From assembly GCA_046731695.1 (NCBI GenBank), contig JBKPLR010000001.1, forward strand, positions 4,442 through 68,441: a stretch of DNA of 64,000 bases. Reading direction: 5' to 3'. Made by a program: the position numbers and the translations under genes. The notes beneath the pieces are model-generated. The model made no database searches. It was given only the letters and a program-made list of their open reading frames with translations, and had not been told where the DNA came from. Positions 63,103 to 64,000 of the stretch are shown in pieces (position 1 is the stretch's first letter; each line of letters starts with the position of its first letter). The stretch is from Actinomycetota bacterium (GTDB lineage Bacteria; Actinomycetota; Thermoleophilia; Gaiellales; Gaiellaceae).

Positions 63103-64000
63103 CTACAACCGCCCGGAGCGCACGACGCCCCATAGGAGCCACAGCCCGAGCGCGCCCGACAGCACGAACCCGACGAACGAGAGGAAGTTCACCCCGAGGA
63201 TCTGCGGCCCGGTCTTGGAGAAGATCCCGATCAGGCTCGAGCCGATCAGGCCGCCGACGACGACGAGGGCAACGACGAGTCGGTTGAACGCGACGTTGAG
63301 CTTGCGCATGAAGTCGTCGAGGCCCTTGTGCACGAAGCCGACCTCGATCTGGCCGTCGCGGATCTCCTCCAGGAAGTCGTGAATCTGGAACGGCATGTCG
63401 CGGGCGACCCGGGCGATCTCGATTCCTTCCGTGCGCGCCCGCGCGAGCACGCGCCGCGGCGTGTAGCGCTCCATCATCAGCCCGCGCGCGTAGGGCTTCG
63501 CGACCTCGAAGACGTTGAAGTCCGGGTAGAGGTCGATGCCGACGGAGCCGAGGGTCGCGATGGCCTTGTCGAGCAGGACGAAGCGCGTGGGCAGACGCAG
63601 GTTGAGCCGGTAGATCAGCTGGAAGGCCTCGCGGATCACCTGGAGCGGGTCGATCTCGGAGAGGCTCGCGCCGTAGTAGCGGTAGTACATCTCGCGCAGC
63701 TCTGCGATGAACTCCTCCTCGCGCTCCTTCGGATACCGGACGCCGAGCTCGGAGAGGCGGCGCGGCAGCTGCTCGATCTGCTCGTTCGCGGCGTCGATGA
63801 AAAGCCGCGTCAGCTTCGACATGTCGTCGTCGGTGAGCTTCCCGACCTGGCCGAAGTCGACGAGGCCGATCACGTTCCCGTCCTCGAGCACGAAGATGTT
63901 CGCCGGGTGCGGGTCGCCATGGAAGAACCCGTGCCGGAAGATCATCGCCATCCACGTCTCGGTCATCAGGTACGCGAGCCGGCGGCGCTCCTCCATCGTC
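63103..64000 (-). CDS. ubiB: ABC1/UbiB-family atypical kinase, C-terminal part (5' end outside the window)
   Basis: GFFHGDPHPANIFV, LVDFGQVG, two C-terminal TM segments. The reading frame is open to the window edge. Confidence 0.85.
   Translation of the reverse strand, partial: TMEERRRLAYLMTETWMAMIFRHGFFHGDPHPANIFVLEDGNVIGLVDFGQVGKLTDDDMSKLTRLFIDAANEQIEQLPRRLSELGVRYPKEREEEFIAELREMYYRYYGASLSEIDPLQVIREAFQLIYRLNLRLPTRFVLLDKAIATLGSVGIDLYPDFNVFEVAKPYARGLMMERYTPRRVLARARTEGIEIARVARDMPFQIHDFLEEIRDGQIEVGFVHKGLDDFMRKLNVAFNRLVVALVVVGGLIGSSLIGIFSKTGPQILGVNFLSFVGFVLSGALGLWLLWGVVRSGRL

Overview
Very GC-rich (about 70% by eye) chromosomal core segment. Gene content and order (dcw cluster without ftsA, SigB/F-type sigma, many leaderless-looking starts) suggest a deep-branching Actinomycetota-like bacterium; the taxon is a guess. 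There are about 65 protein genes, mostly on the minus strand, tightly packed with many 4-nt ATGA/GTGA/TTGA stop/start overlaps. Blocks in order: pepP'-aroQ-aroK/aroB fusion-aroC-aroE-mltG-ruvX-alaS; a SigB/F-type sigma with a degenerate RsbW-like partner, translationally coupled to mnmA; a divIVA-like / two Glu-Pro-repeat membrane proteins / RlpA-like DPBB operon; aspS-hisS-MBL hydrolase; histidine utilisation hutH-(75 aa membrane ORF)-hutU-hutI plus ftcD; methyltransferase-UDG-heterodimeric ABC exporter; tRNA-Gln(CTG) and tRNA-Glu(CTC); pepF; gltX; ycaQ-nfo repair pair; HAD; cax; gcvT-gcvH-gcvPA-gcvPB-ltaE-serine hydrolase; a complete dcw cluster mraZ-rsmH-ftsL-ftsI-murE-murF-mraY-murD-ftsW-murG-murC-murB-(APH-fold kinase)-ftsQ-ftsZ; ECF sigma coupled to ogt; a frameshifted DUF1003 gene; an atypical OmpR-type regulator; ubiB'. 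I saw no rRNA, CRISPR, transposase, integrase or recognisable defence system. The most unusual signal is a four-copy, about 80-nt conserved intergenic element (37487-37570, 56499-56582, 22567-22650, 16897-16978) that I cannot assign to any family I know. Also notable: (1) a recurrent TAnnnT-N6/7-start-codon geometry, including symmetric TAnnnTA boxes between divergent genes only 17-19 bp apart; (2) the divIVA/EP-repeat/DPBB operon; (3) the ECF sigma-Ogt coupling; (4) an APH-fold kinase in the ddl slot of the dcw cluster; (5) a Cys-less IscU-like extension on MnmA. All calls rest on reading the supplied ORF translations and the DNA by eye; no database search was run.
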